The notes beneath the pieces were generated by a model. The model was not told where the DNA came from. It searched no databases and saw only the letters and a program-made list of their open reading frames with translations. The position numbers and the translations under genes were made by a program. Of a DNA stretch of 64,000 nucleotides, positions 50,845 through 61,695 are shown in pieces. The DNA is from Trueperaceae bacterium (GTDB lineage: Bacteria > Deinococcota > Deinococci > Deinococcales > Trueperaceae), in the NCBI GenBank assembly GCA_965213705.1, contig OZ243913.1:448001-512000 (forward strand), read 5' to 3'. The first letter of the stretch is position 1; each line of letters begins with the position of its first letter.

Positions 50845-50856
50845 GAAACCGAGGCT

Positions 50857-52350
50857 TCAGAACTGCCGACTCCACTCCTTCGGCCACCGCTCGACCACGA
50901 TTTTGGTCTGCGTGTAAAACTCGACCCCGTGCCGCCCCTGCGCGTGCAAATCGCCGAAGAACGAGTCGTTCCAGCCCGAGAACGGGAAAAACGCCATCGG
51001 CGCGGCCACGCCCAAGTTGATGCCGACGTTGCCCGCATCCACCTTGTGGCGGAACTCCCTCGCCGCCGCCCCGGACGAGGTGAACAGGCACGCCTGGTTG
51101 CCGTAAGGCCGGTTGTTGACAAGCTCAATCGCGTCCTCGACCGTTTCGACGTGCATCATGCTCAAAACGGGGCCGAAAATCTCGGTTTTGGCGGTGTTCC
51201 CGTTCGGGTTCACGTCACCCAAAACGGTGGGGTGGACGAAGTAACCGTTGGCGAACTCGTCGCCGGCGACTCGTTTGCCGCGCCCGTCGACCAGCAGCTT
51301 CGCGCCTTCTTGCTCGCCCTTGCCGATGAGACCTTCGATGCGCTCCTTGCTTTCACTGCTGATGACCGGCCCCATCTGCACGCCGTCACCCAAGCCGTAA
51401 CCCGTCTTGCGGGTTTCAGCGTCTTCGACGATGCGCTTGACGAACTCGTCTTTGGCCGCGCCTACCGTCACCGCGACGGAGGTAGCCAAGCAGCGCTGGC
51501 CCGCGCAGCCGAAGGCGCTGTCGGCCAGGATGCGCGTCGCCATGTCCATGTCGGCGTCGGGCAGCACGACGGCAGGGTTTTTCGCGCCGCCCTGGCACTG
51601 GGCGCGCTTGCCGCTCGCTGTGGCGCGGCTGTAGATGTACTTGGCAACCGGCGTCGAGCCGACGAACGAGACCGCCCGCACTAAGCTGTGGTCCAAAATC
51701 GCGTCCACCGTATCCTTGCCGCCGTTGACGAGCGAAATCACACCTTTGGGAAAACCCGCCTCTTCCAACAGTCGGAACAGGTACTGCGTCGTCAGCGGCA
51801 CTTTTTCCGAAGGCTTGAGCAAAAACGTGTTCCCCGTCGCCACCGCGTAGGGCAAAAACCACAGCGGAATCATACCGGGGAAGTTGAAGGGCGTAATCGC
51901 CGCGACCACGCCCAGGGGTTGACGAAACATGTGCTCGTCGATGCCCCTCGCGATGTCCTCGTTGTTGTAGCCCTGCATCAAAATCGGCATTCCGCAGGCG
52001 ACCTCGACGTTTTCCAAGCCGCGCTGCCACTCGCCTTTGGACTCGGCGAAGGTCTTGCCGCACTCGTTCGTAATCGTTTTGGCGAGGTCGTCCAAGTGCT
52101 CCTCTAAAAGCGTCCTCAGCTTGAACAGTGGTTTGATGCGGTCTACGACGGGAACCTGCCGCCACTCGAGAAACGCCTCATGCGCCTTTTTGACCGCCGT
52201 GTCCACCTCGTCTTTCGCCGACATGGGAACCGACGCGATAATTTCCGCCGTGGCGGGGTTGTGAACCTCTAGGTAATCGCCCGCGTCGGAGCGCTGCCAC
52301 TCGCCGCCGACGAAGTTCAAAAGTTGTTCTGTGCCGCTCGCTACTGCCAT
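50857..52350 (-). CDS. mmsA: CoA-acylating (methyl)malonate-semialdehyde dehydrogenase (IolA/MmsA)
   Basis: ITPFNFP, LKPSEK, FVGST, GGAKN, AGQRC, EIFGPV, FFGDLH; start MAVASG with GGAGG RBS. Confidence 0.92.
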   Translation of the reverse strand: MAVASGTEQLLNFVGGEWQRSDAGDYLEVHNPATAEIIASVPMSAKDEVDTAVKKAHEAFLEWRQVPVVDRIKPLFKLRTLLEEHLDDLAKTITNECGKTFAESKGEWQRGLENVEVACGMPILMQGYNNEDIARGIDEHMFRQPLGVVAAITPFNFPGMIPLWFLPYAVATGNTFLLKPSEKVPLTTQYLFRLLEEAGFPKGVISLVNGGKDTVDAILDHSLVRAVSFVGSTPVAKYIYSRATASGKRAQCQGGAKNPAVVLPDADMDMATRILADSAFGCAGQRCLATSVAVTVGAAKDEFVKRIVEDAETRKTGYGLGDGVQMGPVISSESKERIEGLIGKGEQEGAKLLVDGRGKRVAGDEFANGYFVHPTVLGDVNPNGNTAKTEIFGPVLSMMHVETVEDAIELVNNRPYGNQACLFTSSGAAAREFRHKVDAGNVGINLGVAAPMAFFPFSGWNDSFFGDLHAQGRHGVEFYTQTKIVVERWPKEWSRQF

Positions 52351-52381
52351 GTCATCCTCCTGAATGTTACCTGACTGATAC

Positions 52382-53608
52382 CTAATTGAACCAGACGGCG
52401 AAGCCGATAAACTGACCGCCGAACACGTCCCAGATGCGCTGGAGGGTTTCGGCAGAGACGACCTCGCCCGTTTCGACGTAGGGCGCGGCGGCACCGCCTT
52501 GAAGCCAGAGTACCAGGTCGAAGTCTCGTGGCTCTAAAAAGGCACGCGGCAAGTCGATACCCTGTCCTTCCGGCAAACGCCAGTGCGGGACGAGCTTTTC
52601 GCCGCGCCACAGGGCGCGCGTCTCTTCGACGAAGAGCAGCCAGGCATCGACGATGTCTTGCGTCACCTGAACGGGCAGGACGGAGTCTTGAGAAGGATTC
52701 GGAATCCACTCGCGGTCGTTGTCGGTTTCCGCCAGGATAAAGTCCCACATCAGTCCGGCTTGCTCGGTCACGGCTTGAGCGTGTTCTAAAGCTTTTTCCA
52801 GGCGTTCGGGCTCGAGCAGCGGCACGCGCAAAGCCAGGTGGACGAGGGCGATTTGGTCGACCAGTTGGCCGTCGTCCATGTCGAGTAAGTTGCCCTGCTG
52901 GTACAATAGGTCGGTGGCAACCTCGGCCCGCGGGAAAAACAGTTGCGCCGTGTAAGAAAAAAGCGTCTGGCTGTCGTGCGCCAAAATAATTTCGACGAGG
53001 GCCATGAGCAGGTGGCTGTAACCGCGCATCCAGTGGGCGTCGCCGTGGTCGAGCCGCAGTTCCAGGGGCGCGGCGTCCTCGACGAAACGCTGGTTCAACA
53101 CGGCCAGCAGCGTCGTCAGCGACTCGCCCGCGTCGCGTGTCAGGTTGCCGTCGTAGTCGAGATAGGCTTCGCCCAAATCGAGGATGACTGCAGGGTCGCT
53201 CGTGGAATTACCGTCACCAAGACCTGCCAGCGTGTTTTCAGCCCGCCCGAGCTGACCGTTCACCGTCTCGAGTTCAGCGCGGAAGTCTGCATAGGAAATA
53301 CTCTCGGGTTGCGGGTTCGTAGGCACGGGCAAGCGCAAAAAGGGGATGCCCATCTCTTGGCCCACGTCGGACTCGAGCCCGTAGCGGTACCAGGCCTGCC
53401 CGAGCATTTCCGCCGCGCGCAGAAACTGGGTCGTACCCAGCGCAAAACGCAGGTCGGCGTTATCGGGGTCGGTGTCCAGGCGCTCGAGGAAGGTTCGCTC
53501 TTGCTCGAGTAGCGGCGTCTCGAAGTTGAGGGTCTGCTCCTGCGCCCATCCCAACCCGCTGAGCAAACAAAAAAGGCAAATCCAGAGGCGATGCTGTCTC
53601 AAATTCAT
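52382..53608 (-). CDS. Secreted hypothetical protein
   Basis: Signal peptide ending [31 protein letters not shown] overlap with iolE. Confidence 0.7.
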   Translation of the reverse strand: MNLRQHRLWICLFCLLSGLGWAQEQTLNFETPLLEQERTFLERLDTDPDNADLRFALGTTQFLRAAEMLGQAWYRYGLESDVGQEMGIPFLRLPVPTNPQPESISYADFRAELETVNGQLGRAENTLAGLGDGNSTSDPAVILDLGEAYLDYDGNLTRDAGESLTTLLAVLNQRFVEDAAPLELRLDHGDAHWMRGYSHLLMALVEIILAHDSQTLFSYTAQLFFPRAEVATDLLYQQGNLLDMDDGQLVDQIALVHLALRVPLLEPERLEKALEHAQAVTEQAGLMWDFILAETDNDREWIPNPSQDSVLPVQVTQDIVDAWLLFVEETRALWRGEKLVPHWRLPEGQGIDLPRAFLEPRDFDLVLWLQGGAAAPYVETGEVVSAETLQRIWDVFGGQFIGFAVWFN

Positions 53609-54507
53609 AGTCCGATACGTCCTAAATAGGCCCGGTTGCGCTCGGCGTTCTCCGCGGGCGAGCCCATGCCGGGGAGAACGTCTTGTTCGACGACTATCCA
53701 GCCATCATACCCGACCTCGTGCAGGGTTTCTAAAACCTTGGGAAAGTCCACCGCGCCCGTGCCGAGTTCGCAGAACACGCCCGCGCCTATCATCTCCTTG
53801 TAGTTCCAGCCGTTCTCTTTCGCCTGCTCTACGACTGCCGGATTGAAGTCTTTGAAGTGCATCAGTTGGATGCGTTCGCCGTACTTCTTGACGCCTTCAA
53901 CCGGGTCGCCGCCGCCCAGCATGTAGTGCCCGGTATCGAAGACGATGCCCACTTTTTCGGGGTCGGTGCGGCGCAAAAACTCGTCGATTTCGGCGGGCGT
54001 TTCGACAAAGGTCGAGCCGTGTGGGTGTAGGGCGGTACGCAGGCCGGTCTCAGCTCTGACAGCGTTCGCCACACGGTGGATGCCTTTGACGTATGTTTGC
54101 CAGCCCGCCTCGTCTAAACCGTGCTCCACTTGGATGCGCCCAGTGTTGTAAAAGCGCGCCTGCACCGTCGAATGGTCGTCACCGATGTTGACGGTGCAGT
54201 GCGAACCGCCGACCTCGGCTAGAAGTTTTGCGACCCTCACGGCGCGCTCCACGCCCTCTTCGTGATACGCCTCGTCGTACAGCCGCACCGTCACCCACGA
54301 GCCGACGGGCTCGAGCCCCCGCTTATGAAGTTCCTCACGCAGTTTGTCGGGGTCGCTCGGCATGTAGCCCAAGTCGCCGAGTTCGGTGCCGACGAAACCC
54401 GCCGCAGCGAGTTCGTCCAGCATCTGCGCGTAAGGGACGCGCCCGCCCGCCGTGTTCTCGATGGTTCCCCAGGAGCAGGGGGCGTTGGCGAGTTTGTAGT
54501 TGGTCAA
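53605..54507 (-). CDS. iolE: Inosose dehydratase-like TIM barrel
   Basis: ANAPCSWG, GTELG, HPH, FDTGH, HFKD, WIVVEQD; TTG start overlaps the vapC TGA. Confidence 0.8.
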   Translation of the reverse strand: MTNYKLANAPCSWGTIENTAGGRVPYAQMLDELAAAGFVGTELGDLGYMPSDPDKLREELHKRGLEPVGSWVTVRLYDEAYHEEGVERAVRVAKLLAEVGGSHCTVNIGDDHSTVQARFYNTGRIQVEHGLDEAGWQTYVKGIHRVANAVRAETGLRTALHPHGSTFVETPAEIDEFLRRTDPEKVGIVFDTGHYMLGGGDPVEGVKKYGERIQLMHFKDFNPAVVEQAKENGWNYKEMIGAGVFCELGTGAVDFPKVLETLHEVGYDGWIVVEQDVLPGMGSPAENAERNRAYLGRIGL

Positions 54508-54914
54508 AGCGGCTGGCTCCAATCTTGAAGCGCTAATTCTTCGATACGCCCGAAATGTTTTAGGTTGCGCGTCGCCAGTTGCAGGCTGTTGGCGATAGCC
54601 GTTCCAGCAATGAGGAGGTCGATATCGTCCAGGGGCTTTCCCTGTCCGCGGAGTTGTGCGTAAAGTCTAGCTGAGATTGTCGCACTCGTTTTTGTAACAG
54701 GTAAAATAGTGCTACCTCCGGCCAGTGCTTCGAACGTACCTAACCGCTTTTTGGCGTCTCGGTGCCTAAGCCCGCTTAGAATCTCGTAGTAAGTGATAAG
54801 GCTGAAACTCAGCGTCCGGTGGGTTGCTAAGTAAGATTCGGTATTAGCAACGACGGTCGGTTCGCCTTTCATGAAAAGTGAGAGGATATCGGTATCAAGC
54901 AGTGTCGGCAGCAT
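54504..54914 (-). CDS. vapC: PIN-domain toxin (VapC)
   Basis: LLDTDILS, ITYYE, DLLIAGTA, TRNLKHF. Confidence 0.9.
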   Translation of the reverse strand: MLPTLLDTDILSLFMKGEPTVVANTESYLATHRTLSFSLITYYEILSGLRHRDAKKRLGTFEALAGGSTILPVTKTSATISARLYAQLRGQGKPLDDIDLLIAGTAIANSLQLATRNLKHFGRIEELALQDWSQPL

Positions 54915-55143
54915 GACGTTTACGTCTCGAGGTATCCCGCCGCCGCGTTTGCATCTCGTTGAGAAAGTCCTCGAACTCAGCTTCCGGCATGTCTTTCCAG
55001 CACCCGGCGAAGCTCATGATGTCGGGTTTCGAACGGTTTGCCTCGAGGCCGAGCCGAAAATGGTGAATGAGGTTGAAAATATCTTCCAACTGCTCGTCCG
55101 GTAAACGGTTGACTTCCTCTACAACCTTTTCGCGTATCGTCAT
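54895..55143 (-). CDS. Putative antitoxin
   Basis: 82 aa, overlaps the vapC start; FAGCWKDM motif; AGGAAGG RBS. Confidence 0.75.
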   Translation of the reverse strand: MTIREKVVEEVNRLPDEQLEDIFNLIHHFRLGLEANRSKPDIMSFAGCWKDMPEAEFEDFLNEMQTRRRDTSRRKRHAADTA

Positions 55144-55162
55144 GTTGCACCTTCCTGATAAA

Positions 55163-55216
55163 AGTTGTTAGTTTCTGGTTTTCAGTTGAAACTAACAACT
55201 AAAAACTAAGAACCAA
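55163..55216. repeat. AT-rich heptamer hairpin (AACTAAC-type) upstream of the TA pair
   Basis: AGTTGTTAGTTTC / GAAACTAACAACT 13-bp inverted repeat plus AACTAAA, AACTAAG, AACCAAC units. Confidence 0.75.
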
Positions 55217-57097
55217 CTACTCGAAAATCACCTGCTTCTTCTTGGCCTCATCGTACTGCTTCCGCGCCTCCCGCACGCTTTGCTGCCCACTCACCTCCGC
55301 CGGGGGACAGTCCCACCAACCGCCAAAATCGTAACTACCGACACGCTTTTCGGGGTCTACTTCGACCACGACGACGTTCACGCCTTTTCGAGAGCGCGCG
55401 GCCTCGAGCGCCTTTTTATAACTATCCTCCGTATTCGTATAAACCGCGTGCGCGCCCATTGCCTCAGCGTGCTTGGCGTAGTCCACGCGGACGATGTCGC
55501 CGTCGAGCAAACCCTCGTCGTTGCGGTGGCGCAGCTCGAGGCCGAAGTGCGGCGTCCCCGTGCTCCGCTGCAAGCCGTGAATGCTCTGGTAGCCGTGGTT
55601 GTCCACCACGATAATCGTGAGGTCCAAACCTTCAGCGACCGCCGTGACAATTTCCGAATTCATCATGAGGTACGAGCCGTCGCCGATAAAAACGACCACC
55701 TCACGCTCGGGCTCAGCGAGCTTGACGCCTATGCCTGCCGGGATTTCGTAGCCCATGCAGGAGTAGCCGTACTCCAAGTGATAACTGTCCGGCTTCGTGG
55801 GCCGCCAGATTTTGGGGATGTCTCCGGGGATGCTCCCGGCGGCGTTAATGACCACCGCGTCGCCGCCGACGATGTCGTTGGTCATGCCTAGCACCTCACT
55901 CTGGCCCAAGTTGTCCGGTTCTTCGATTTTTTTGATGTCGTCAACCAAAGCATCCCACTCGGCTTTCCAACCCGAGGCCCGTTCGCGGTAGGCAGGACGA
56001 GTCCCCTCGTAACCGGCTTGCGAAAGAGCCTCTTGAAGTGCCGTCAAGCCCCGCCGCGCGTCCGCTACCAGCGGCAGGGCGAACAGCTTGTAGGCGTCCA
56101 GCGGCGTGACGTTGAGGCCGATGAATTTTGCTTGGCCCGAAAAGGCTGTTCTCGAGGCCGTCGTAAAGTCGGCCAGCCGCGTGCCGACGGCGAGAATCAC
56201 GTCGGCCTCGCTCGCTACCCGGCTCGCTGCCGAGCCCGCGAGCGAGCCCACGTTGCCCATGCTCATCGCGTGGTCCCAGCGCAGCGCGCCCTTGCCCGCT
56301 TGCGTCTCGGTCACAGGAATGCCGAAACGCTCGGCGAAAACGGCCAGTTCGTCCGTCGCCAGGCTGTACTTCACGCCGCCGCCTGCGATAATCATGGGTC
56401 GTTCGGCGTTTCTAATCAGCTCGACCGCGTCCGCGATGATTTCGGGCTCAGGGACGGGGCGGCGGATGCGCCAGACGCGCTTTTCGAACATGCCTACCGA
56501 CCACTCGAAAGCCTCGGTCTGCACGTCCTCCGGCAGCGAAATCGTCACCGCGCCCGTCTCAGCCGGGTCGGTGAGGACGCGCATCGCTTCGGGCAGCGCG
56601 TGTAGGAGTTGTTCGGGTCGTGAGATGCGCGTAAAAAAGCGGCTGACCGGCCGGAAAATGTCGTTGATGGACACGTCGTGCTCAGTCGGGTGCTCGAGCT
56701 GTTGCAGCACCGGGTCGGGAATGCGGTTGGCGAAATAGTCCGAGGGGAGCAGCAATACCGGAATCCGGTTGACCGTCGCCAGCGCCGCGCCTGTGACCAT
56801 GTTGCTGCTGCCCGGCCCGACCGAGGCGGTGCAGGCAAACGTCGATAAACGGTTCAGGTGCCGCGCGTAGGCGACCGCCGTGTGAACCTGCGCCTGTTCG
56901 TTTTGCGGACGGTAAAAAGGCAGGCCGCAGTCCAGGCCGTATTCCTGCATTGCTTGCCCCACGCCGGGGACGTTGCCGTGGCCTTGGATGCCCCACATCC
57001 CGGCGATAAGTCGGTGTTCGGTGCCGTCGAGTTCGCTGTACTGCTGTGACAGGAATTTGACGAGGGCTTGGGCGACGGTTAGGCGTTGGGTTTTCAA
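55217..57097 (-). CDS. iolD: 3D-(3,5/4)-trihydroxycyclohexane-1,2-dione acylhydrolase
   Basis: LTVAQALVKFL, GHGNV, PDPVLQQLE, HLEYGYSCMGYEI, GDGSYLM (TPP). Confidence 0.95.
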   Translation of the reverse strand: MKTQRLTVAQALVKFLSQQYSELDGTEHRLIAGMWGIQGHGNVPGVGQAMQEYGLDCGLPFYRPQNEQAQVHTAVAYARHLNRLSTFACTASVGPGSSNMVTGAALATVNRIPVLLLPSDYFANRIPDPVLQQLEHPTEHDVSINDIFRPVSRFFTRISRPEQLLHALPEAMRVLTDPAETGAVTISLPEDVQTEAFEWSVGMFEKRVWRIRRPVPEPEIIADAVELIRNAERPMIIAGGGVKYSLATDELAVFAERFGIPVTETQAGKGALRWDHAMSMGNVGSLAGSAASRVASEADVILAVGTRLADFTTASRTAFSGQAKFIGLNVTPLDAYKLFALPLVADARRGLTALQEALSQAGYEGTRPAYRERASGWKAEWDALVDDIKKIEEPDNLGQSEVLGMTNDIVGGDAVVINAAGSIPGDIPKIWRPTKPDSYHLEYGYSCMGYEIPAGIGVKLAEPEREVVVFIGDGSYLMMNSEIVTAVAEGLDLTIIVVDNHGYQSIHGLQRSTGTPHFGLELRHRNDEGLLDGDIVRVDYAKHAEAMGAHAVYTNTEDSYKKALEAARSRKGVNVVVVEVDPEKRVGSYDFGGWWDCPPAEVSGQQSVREARKQYDEAKKKQVIFE

Positions 57098-57165
57098 AAT
57101 TACCTCCTCTAAAGGGACCTAGCTTATCGCTGACTTGATGTCATGAGGTGGAATTCCTGTCCCAT

Positions 57166-57579
57166 CTATACAAGATTCGGATAAGGATTTGTGACACTCG
57201 ATTGATGCCAAACGGACTTCTCTGCTCGCGACAATTCTCTATAATACTTCCTACTAAGGCGGTCAATCGCTTCCTCCGTCAAAACTTCATCCCCAGAGTA
57301 AATCCTCAGACCGCAATACAGAAAAAGATATAAGGCAGCTAGCTCTTCAAGATACGCGAATTCTGACTTAACTTCGAAGACACTTCCTGAGTCGCTGAGC
57401 AAAGTAATAGTGACTGGCTGATTCTCACTTTCACGGACATGAAGTTCAGTCCAAGAACGACTGTATACTGGATTAGAGTCACCATCGGTGTCTATGTTCG
57501 CATCAATCCCATACAACAAATCCACAAACACTCTGAAATCGGGACGTTCTTTATTTACGAGAACTCTGTGCATCAGCAT
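57166..57579 (-). CDS. Hypothetical protein (AT-rich)
   Basis: 137-aa ORF in a visibly lower-GC segment between iolG and iolD. Confidence 0.65.
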   Translation of the reverse strand: MLMHRVLVNKERPDFRVFVDLLYGIDANIDTDGDSNPVYSRSWTELHVRESENQPVTITLLSDSGSVFEVKSEFAYLEELAALYLFLYCGLRIYSGDEVLTEEAIDRLSRKYYRELSRAEKSVWHQSSVTNPYPNLV

Positions 57580-57607
57580 TTTCCAACACGCAAAGGTTTT
57601 ACAGTTG

Positions 57608-58609
57608 TCATCTCCCGAACTCCTGTACTTTCACAATCTCTCCCGTCTCGAGCGACCGCTGCGCCGCCAACGCCAGGCGGGAACTTTTCAGCGCGTCCTC
57701 CACGTTCGGCGTGACCGGCTCGCCTGCATGAACGTTTTTGGCAAAGGCAACCACCTCGTTGGCGTAGGCTTCGAAAAAGCGCTCCTCGAAGTGCTGTGGG
57801 TAGTCGTGGCTGACGCCGTGCTCACTCCAGACCTCGAGGTTGAGTATTTGACGCTTTTCTAAGTGGTACTTGCCCTTCTCGCCCAAAATGTCGGTGGCGA
57901 TTTCGTAGCCGTAAGCGGTGTTGAGCGCGTTTTCGACGGTGCCGACCGCGCCGTTTTCAAATTTCAGAGTAGCGACGGCTAAGTTGAATAGGCCGAACTC
58001 TTTGAGGCGGTCGTCCCGTACCGCCGTGCCGACGGCGTAGACTTCTGCGACCTCACCGCAGAAGTAGCGCGCCGTGTCGAAGTCGTGGATGCCCATGTCC
58101 ACCAGGATACCGCCCGACGTTTTGAGAAACTCGACGCTCGTTTGAACCGGGTCACGGCTGACGGCGCGAAAGTTTTCGATGCGGCCCAAGTCGCCGTTGT
58201 CCAAGCGCCGTTTGACCTCCAGATAGGCCGGGTCGTAGCGGCGTTGAAAACCAACTTGGCAGGGAACGCCGGTTTTTTGGATGACTTGAACAACCTCGTG
58301 AGCCGCCCTGAGAGTATGTGCGAGCGGCTTCTCGACGAAAATAGCCTTGCCCGCCTCGGCTGCTCTACAAATAAGCTCGGCGTGCGTCGGTGTGGGCGTG
58401 GTGATGAACACGGCGTCTACGTTTTTGTTCTCGAGCACTTGGTCCAAGGCGCTCACCTTCGCCCCCAGCGTCTCGGCGACCTCGGCAGCACTCTCTGGAA
58501 CGAAGTCCACAACATCCGTAATTTGGACTTCGGTCAGAGTTCTCAGCACAGCGGCGTGTGTCCGCGCCATGCGTCCGGCACCGATGAGAGCGATGTAGAG
58601 AGGAGTCAT
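57608..58609 (-). CDS. iolG: Inositol 2-dehydrogenase
   Basis: IGAGRM, FVEKP, GFQRRYDP, SRDP, GGILVDMGIHDFD, YGYE; operon context. Confidence 0.85.
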   Translation of the reverse strand: MTPLYIALIGAGRMARTHAAVLRTLTEVQITDVVDFVPESAAEVAETLGAKVSALDQVLENKNVDAVFITTPTPTHAELICRAAEAGKAIFVEKPLAHTLRAAHEVVQVIQKTGVPCQVGFQRRYDPAYLEVKRRLDNGDLGRIENFRAVSRDPVQTSVEFLKTSGGILVDMGIHDFDTARYFCGEVAEVYAVGTAVRDDRLKEFGLFNLAVATLKFENGAVGTVENALNTAYGYEIATDILGEKGKYHLEKRQILNLEVWSEHGVSHDYPQHFEERFFEAYANEVVAFAKNVHAGEPVTPNVEDALKSSRLALAAQRSLETGEIVKVQEFGR

Positions 58610-58630
58610 GAGGAAAGCCTATCTTTTCTC

Positions 58631-59434
58631 TCAGAGCTTTTCTCTCTGGTCACTGTGGGCGAATTCGGCGAGTTCGGCCTCGAGCGCGTTAAGTTCGTCG
58701 GTGCCCGCCATCATGCCGAGCACGTCCTCACGGCTGACTTCTTCTTTGGCAAACGTCCCGTAGCTCTGCCCGCGCTTGAGAATCGTGAAGCGGTCGGCGA
58801 CCGGGTAGGCGTGGTGGACGTTGTGAGTGATGAAGATGACGCCCAAGCCCTTTGCTTTGGCCTGCGCGATGTATTTGAGGACCACCCCGGCCTGCTTGAC
58901 CCCGAGGGCGGCGGTGGGCTCGTCCAAGATAAGCACTTTCGCGCCGAAGTAGACGGCCCTCGAGATTGCCACACACTGCCGCTCGCCGCCCGACATCGTG
59001 CCGACCGCCTGGTTGGGGTCGCGGATGTCGATGCCCATGTTCGCCATCGCCGCGACGACGGTTTCGGCGGCGAACGTCTGGTCGAAGGTTTGGAACGGCC
59101 CCCAACCCTTCGTCGGCTCCCGGCCTAAAAAGAAGTTGCGCGTCACGCTCATCAGGGGTTGGACGGAGAGGTGCTGATGCACCGTGGCGATGCCGTGGTT
59201 TTGCGCGGCCCTGGGCGAGTCGAACACCACCGGCCGCCCCTGCATCAGAATTTGCCCCGAGGTGGGTTTGTGGACGCCCGAAATCGTCTTGATGAGGGTG
59301 GACTTGCCCGCGCCGTTGTCACCGAGGAGGCACATCACCTCGCCGGGTTGCACCGTCATCGACACACCGTTCAGCGCGATGACCGAGCCGAAGGTCTTGA
59401 CCAAGTCCTGCAGTTCGATGAGTGGGACGCTCAT
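58631..59434 (-). CDS. Monosaccharide/inositol ABC ATP-binding protein
   Basis: [25 protein letters not shown]. Confidence 0.92.
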   Translation of the reverse strand: MSVPLIELQDLVKTFGSVIALNGVSMTVQPGEVMCLLGDNGAGKSTLIKTISGVHKPTSGQILMQGRPVVFDSPRAAQNHGIATVHQHLSVQPLMSVTRNFFLGREPTKGWGPFQTFDQTFAAETVVAAMANMGIDIRDPNQAVGTMSGGERQCVAISRAVYFGAKVLILDEPTAALGVKQAGVVLKYIAQAKAKGLGVIFITHNVHHAYPVADRFTILKRGQSYGTFAKEEVSREDVLGMMAGTDELNALEAELAEFAHSDQREKL

Positions 59435-60471
59435 TTCGCCTCCGTCACGCGCTTGCGGATAAATTTGTTGAACACCACCGCGATGAGGAGCATCACGCCC
59501 AAAAACACCTTGAACCAGTCGGTGTTGACGCCGGTAAAGAAAATTCCCTGCTGCACCATCCCGAAAATCAGCGCGCCGAACACCGCGCCGACGACCGAGC
59601 CGTAACCGCCTGTGAGCAAACAGCCGCCGATGACCGCCGCGATTATCGCTTCAAATTCTTTGAGCAACCCGCGGTTCACGTCTGCCGAGCCTAAGTCCAC
59701 GACTTGCAGCGCGGCGAACAGCGTCGCCGTGACCGCCGTGCCCATAAACAGGATGATGCGCACCCGGTTCACCGGCACCCCGGTGTTGCGCGCCGCCTCC
59801 GCGTCGCCGCCGACGCCGAAAATCCAGTTCCCGAACCTCGTGCGTTGCAGCACCCAGGTCGCAAGTACAGCGAGGCCGAGCCACCAGAAAATAGACACCG
59901 GCAATCCAAACAAGTCACCACGAAAAATAGGGGCCAGCCAATCGTTTTCAGCAGCCTCTTTCAGCCCCGACACCTGCGTGCGCCCGGTGACGAGCCGGGT
60001 AAAGCCGATGGCCGCGCCACGCAGAATATATAAAAAAGCCAGCGTGACGATAAACGAGGGCAAGCGCGTGCGGTTGACGATAAAACCATTGATATACCCG
60101 ACGAGAAGCGCGAATGCAAAGGACGCCAAAATAGCAAGCCAAAAAGGCCAGCCGTAAACAGCCACCGGAATCGCCATGACCAGGCCCGCCGCCCCAATCA
60201 TCGAGCCGATGGACAGGTCGAACTCGCCGCCTATCATCAGCAACGCCGCGCCGATGGCGAGGATGCCGAGTTGGGCGGAGACTTCCAACCAGCTAGCAAT
60301 GCCGCGAAAACTCAGGAACCCCTTGTCGCCCGCGACGACGGCGAAGAAAATAAACACGAGCACCGCCCCCGACACCGCGCCGAGTTCGGGCCGCGCCAGC
60401 AAGCGACGCCACAGGCCCAGTTGGCGGACGCGCTCGTCGCCGCTACCTACCTGTGTCGCCATGTCCGTCAC
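59431..60471 (-). CDS. Monosaccharide/inositol ABC permease (RbsC-like)
   Basis: [31 protein letters not shown]. Confidence 0.92.
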   Translation of the reverse strand: MTDMATQVGSGDERVRQLGLWRRLLARPELGAVSGAVLVFIFFAVVAGDKGFLSFRGIASWLEVSAQLGILAIGAALLMIGGEFDLSIGSMIGAAGLVMAIPVAVYGWPFWLAILASFAFALLVGYINGFIVNRTRLPSFIVTLAFLYILRGAAIGFTRLVTGRTQVSGLKEAAENDWLAPIFRGDLFGLPVSIFWWLGLAVLATWVLQRTRFGNWIFGVGGDAEAARNTGVPVNRVRIILFMGTAVTATLFAALQVVDLGSADVNRGLLKEFEAIIAAVIGGCLLTGGYGSVVGAVFGALIFGMVQQGIFFTGVNTDWFKVFLGVMLLIAVVFNKFIRKRVTEAK

Positions 60472-60500
60472 CTCTCAAGCTCAGCTTATCCAACGCTCTC

Positions 60501-60588
60501 AGTGGGGGAGTTGGGGAGAGAGAGGGAGTAGGGGAGTCAAGTCAAAGGCTTTTACTCCCCTACTCCCTACCCCGATACTCCCCTACTT
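60501..60588. repeat. GGGAGTAG-type repeat hairpin after the inositol SBP gene
   Basis: AGGGAGTAGGGGAGT...ACTCCCCTACTCCCT inverted repeat with extra copies. Confidence 0.75.
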
Positions 60589-60595
60589 TATTTCG

Positions 60596-61540
60596 TTAGC
60601 GAATCCCCTTGCTGCTCAAGTCCACGACCTGCGCGGCGTTCTCCGGCGTGACGAAGCCGGGGCCGGTGAGGATGACGCTCGAGCCCGGCAACAGCCCGTT
60701 TTGAATATACTGCGTCATCAGCACGACGCCCAAATAGCCTTGCAGGTACTGCTGCTGGTCGATGGCGAATGCGGCATTGCCGTCGGCGAGGGTTTGCAGA
60801 ATCGTGGGTGAGAGGTCGAAAAAGCCGAGCTGGACTTGGCCCAAGCTGCCCATTTCCTCGAGTGCGGCGATGGTGGGCTCGCCCCCGACCGGGCCGACGG
60901 CCAGCACGCCCTGAACGTCCGCGTTGGCGCTGAAAGCGGCTGAGACGGCGTTGCGGATTTCGGTGGGGTCGGTCGATACGGCGAGTACGTCTACGTTCGC
61001 GCCCTCACCCAAGCCGTCCTGAAAGCCCTGGCAGCGCAAGTCGAGCGCCACGTTGCCGACCTCGTGGTTGACGCAAATCGCATTTTGGACGCCCTGCTCG
61101 GCCATGCGCTCGCCCGCGCCCAAGCCCGCTTCGTACTCGGTCTGGCCGATGTGGCGCAGGATGCCCAAGTCCTGAAACACGTCGCTGCCCGAGTTGATGG
61201 AAAAGACCGGGATGCCCGCGTCTGTCGCCGCGCGAATCGAGTCGCCGAGCGCGTCGGCGTCGGGTACCGAGACGACGAGGCCGTCGGGCTGCGAGGCGAC
61301 CGCCGCGTCGATGAGCTGCGCCATGCGCGGCATGTCGAAGGTGTCGGGCGCGCGGTACTCGACGTTCACGCCCATGTCCTGCGCGGCCTGGTCGACGCCG
61401 TTTTTGACGACCGACCAAAACGGGTCGGCGGCCCCCCCGTGGACGACCACGACGATGCGGATGTCGCCCCTGGCCGGCGCGTCCTGGCCCCAAACCGTGC
61501 CAAAGGCGAACAGGCTCAGCAGTAGCAAAAGCTTTTTCAT
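60596..61540 (-). CDS. Inositol-type ABC substrate-binding protein
   Basis: Start [33 protein letters not shown]. Confidence 0.9.
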   Translation of the reverse strand: MKKLLLLLSLFAFGTVWGQDAPARGDIRIVVVVHGGAADPFWSVVKNGVDQAAQDMGVNVEYRAPDTFDMPRMAQLIDAAVASQPDGLVVSVPDADALGDSIRAATDAGIPVFSINSGSDVFQDLGILRHIGQTEYEAGLGAGERMAEQGVQNAICVNHEVGNVALDLRCQGFQDGLGEGANVDVLAVSTDPTEIRNAVSAAFSANADVQGVLAVGPVGGEPTIAALEEMGSLGQVQLGFFDLSPTILQTLADGNAAFAIDQQQYLQGYLGVVLMTQYIQNGLLPGSSVILTGPGFVTPENAAQVVDLSSKGIR

Positions 61541-61666
61541 GTGTTCCTCCCTAAAACTCTCTGCCGCCACAGCGAACCTAAAGCCTTACTGAACCCCCGA
61601 GGTGTTTCTATTCCGAAGGTGCGTCTATTCAAGGCCAACCGGCCCGGCCACAGATTGAGTGTCTTG

Positions 61667-61695
61667 ACTATAGCCGTGCGTTTTGGGCTTGTCAA
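61667..61695 (-). promoter_or_regulatory. Sigma70 promoter of the iol operon (TTGACA-N17-TATAGT)
   Basis: Near-consensus boxes with 17-nt spacing, about 125 nt upstream of the SBP start. Confidence 0.7.

Noticed and set aside
50775..50856. Hairpin as an integron attC site
   Set aside because: Ends (GTTTCAC/GTTAAGA) do not fit complementary RYYYAAC/GTTRRRY boxes, the stem lacks extrahelical bases, and there is no integrase or second copy.
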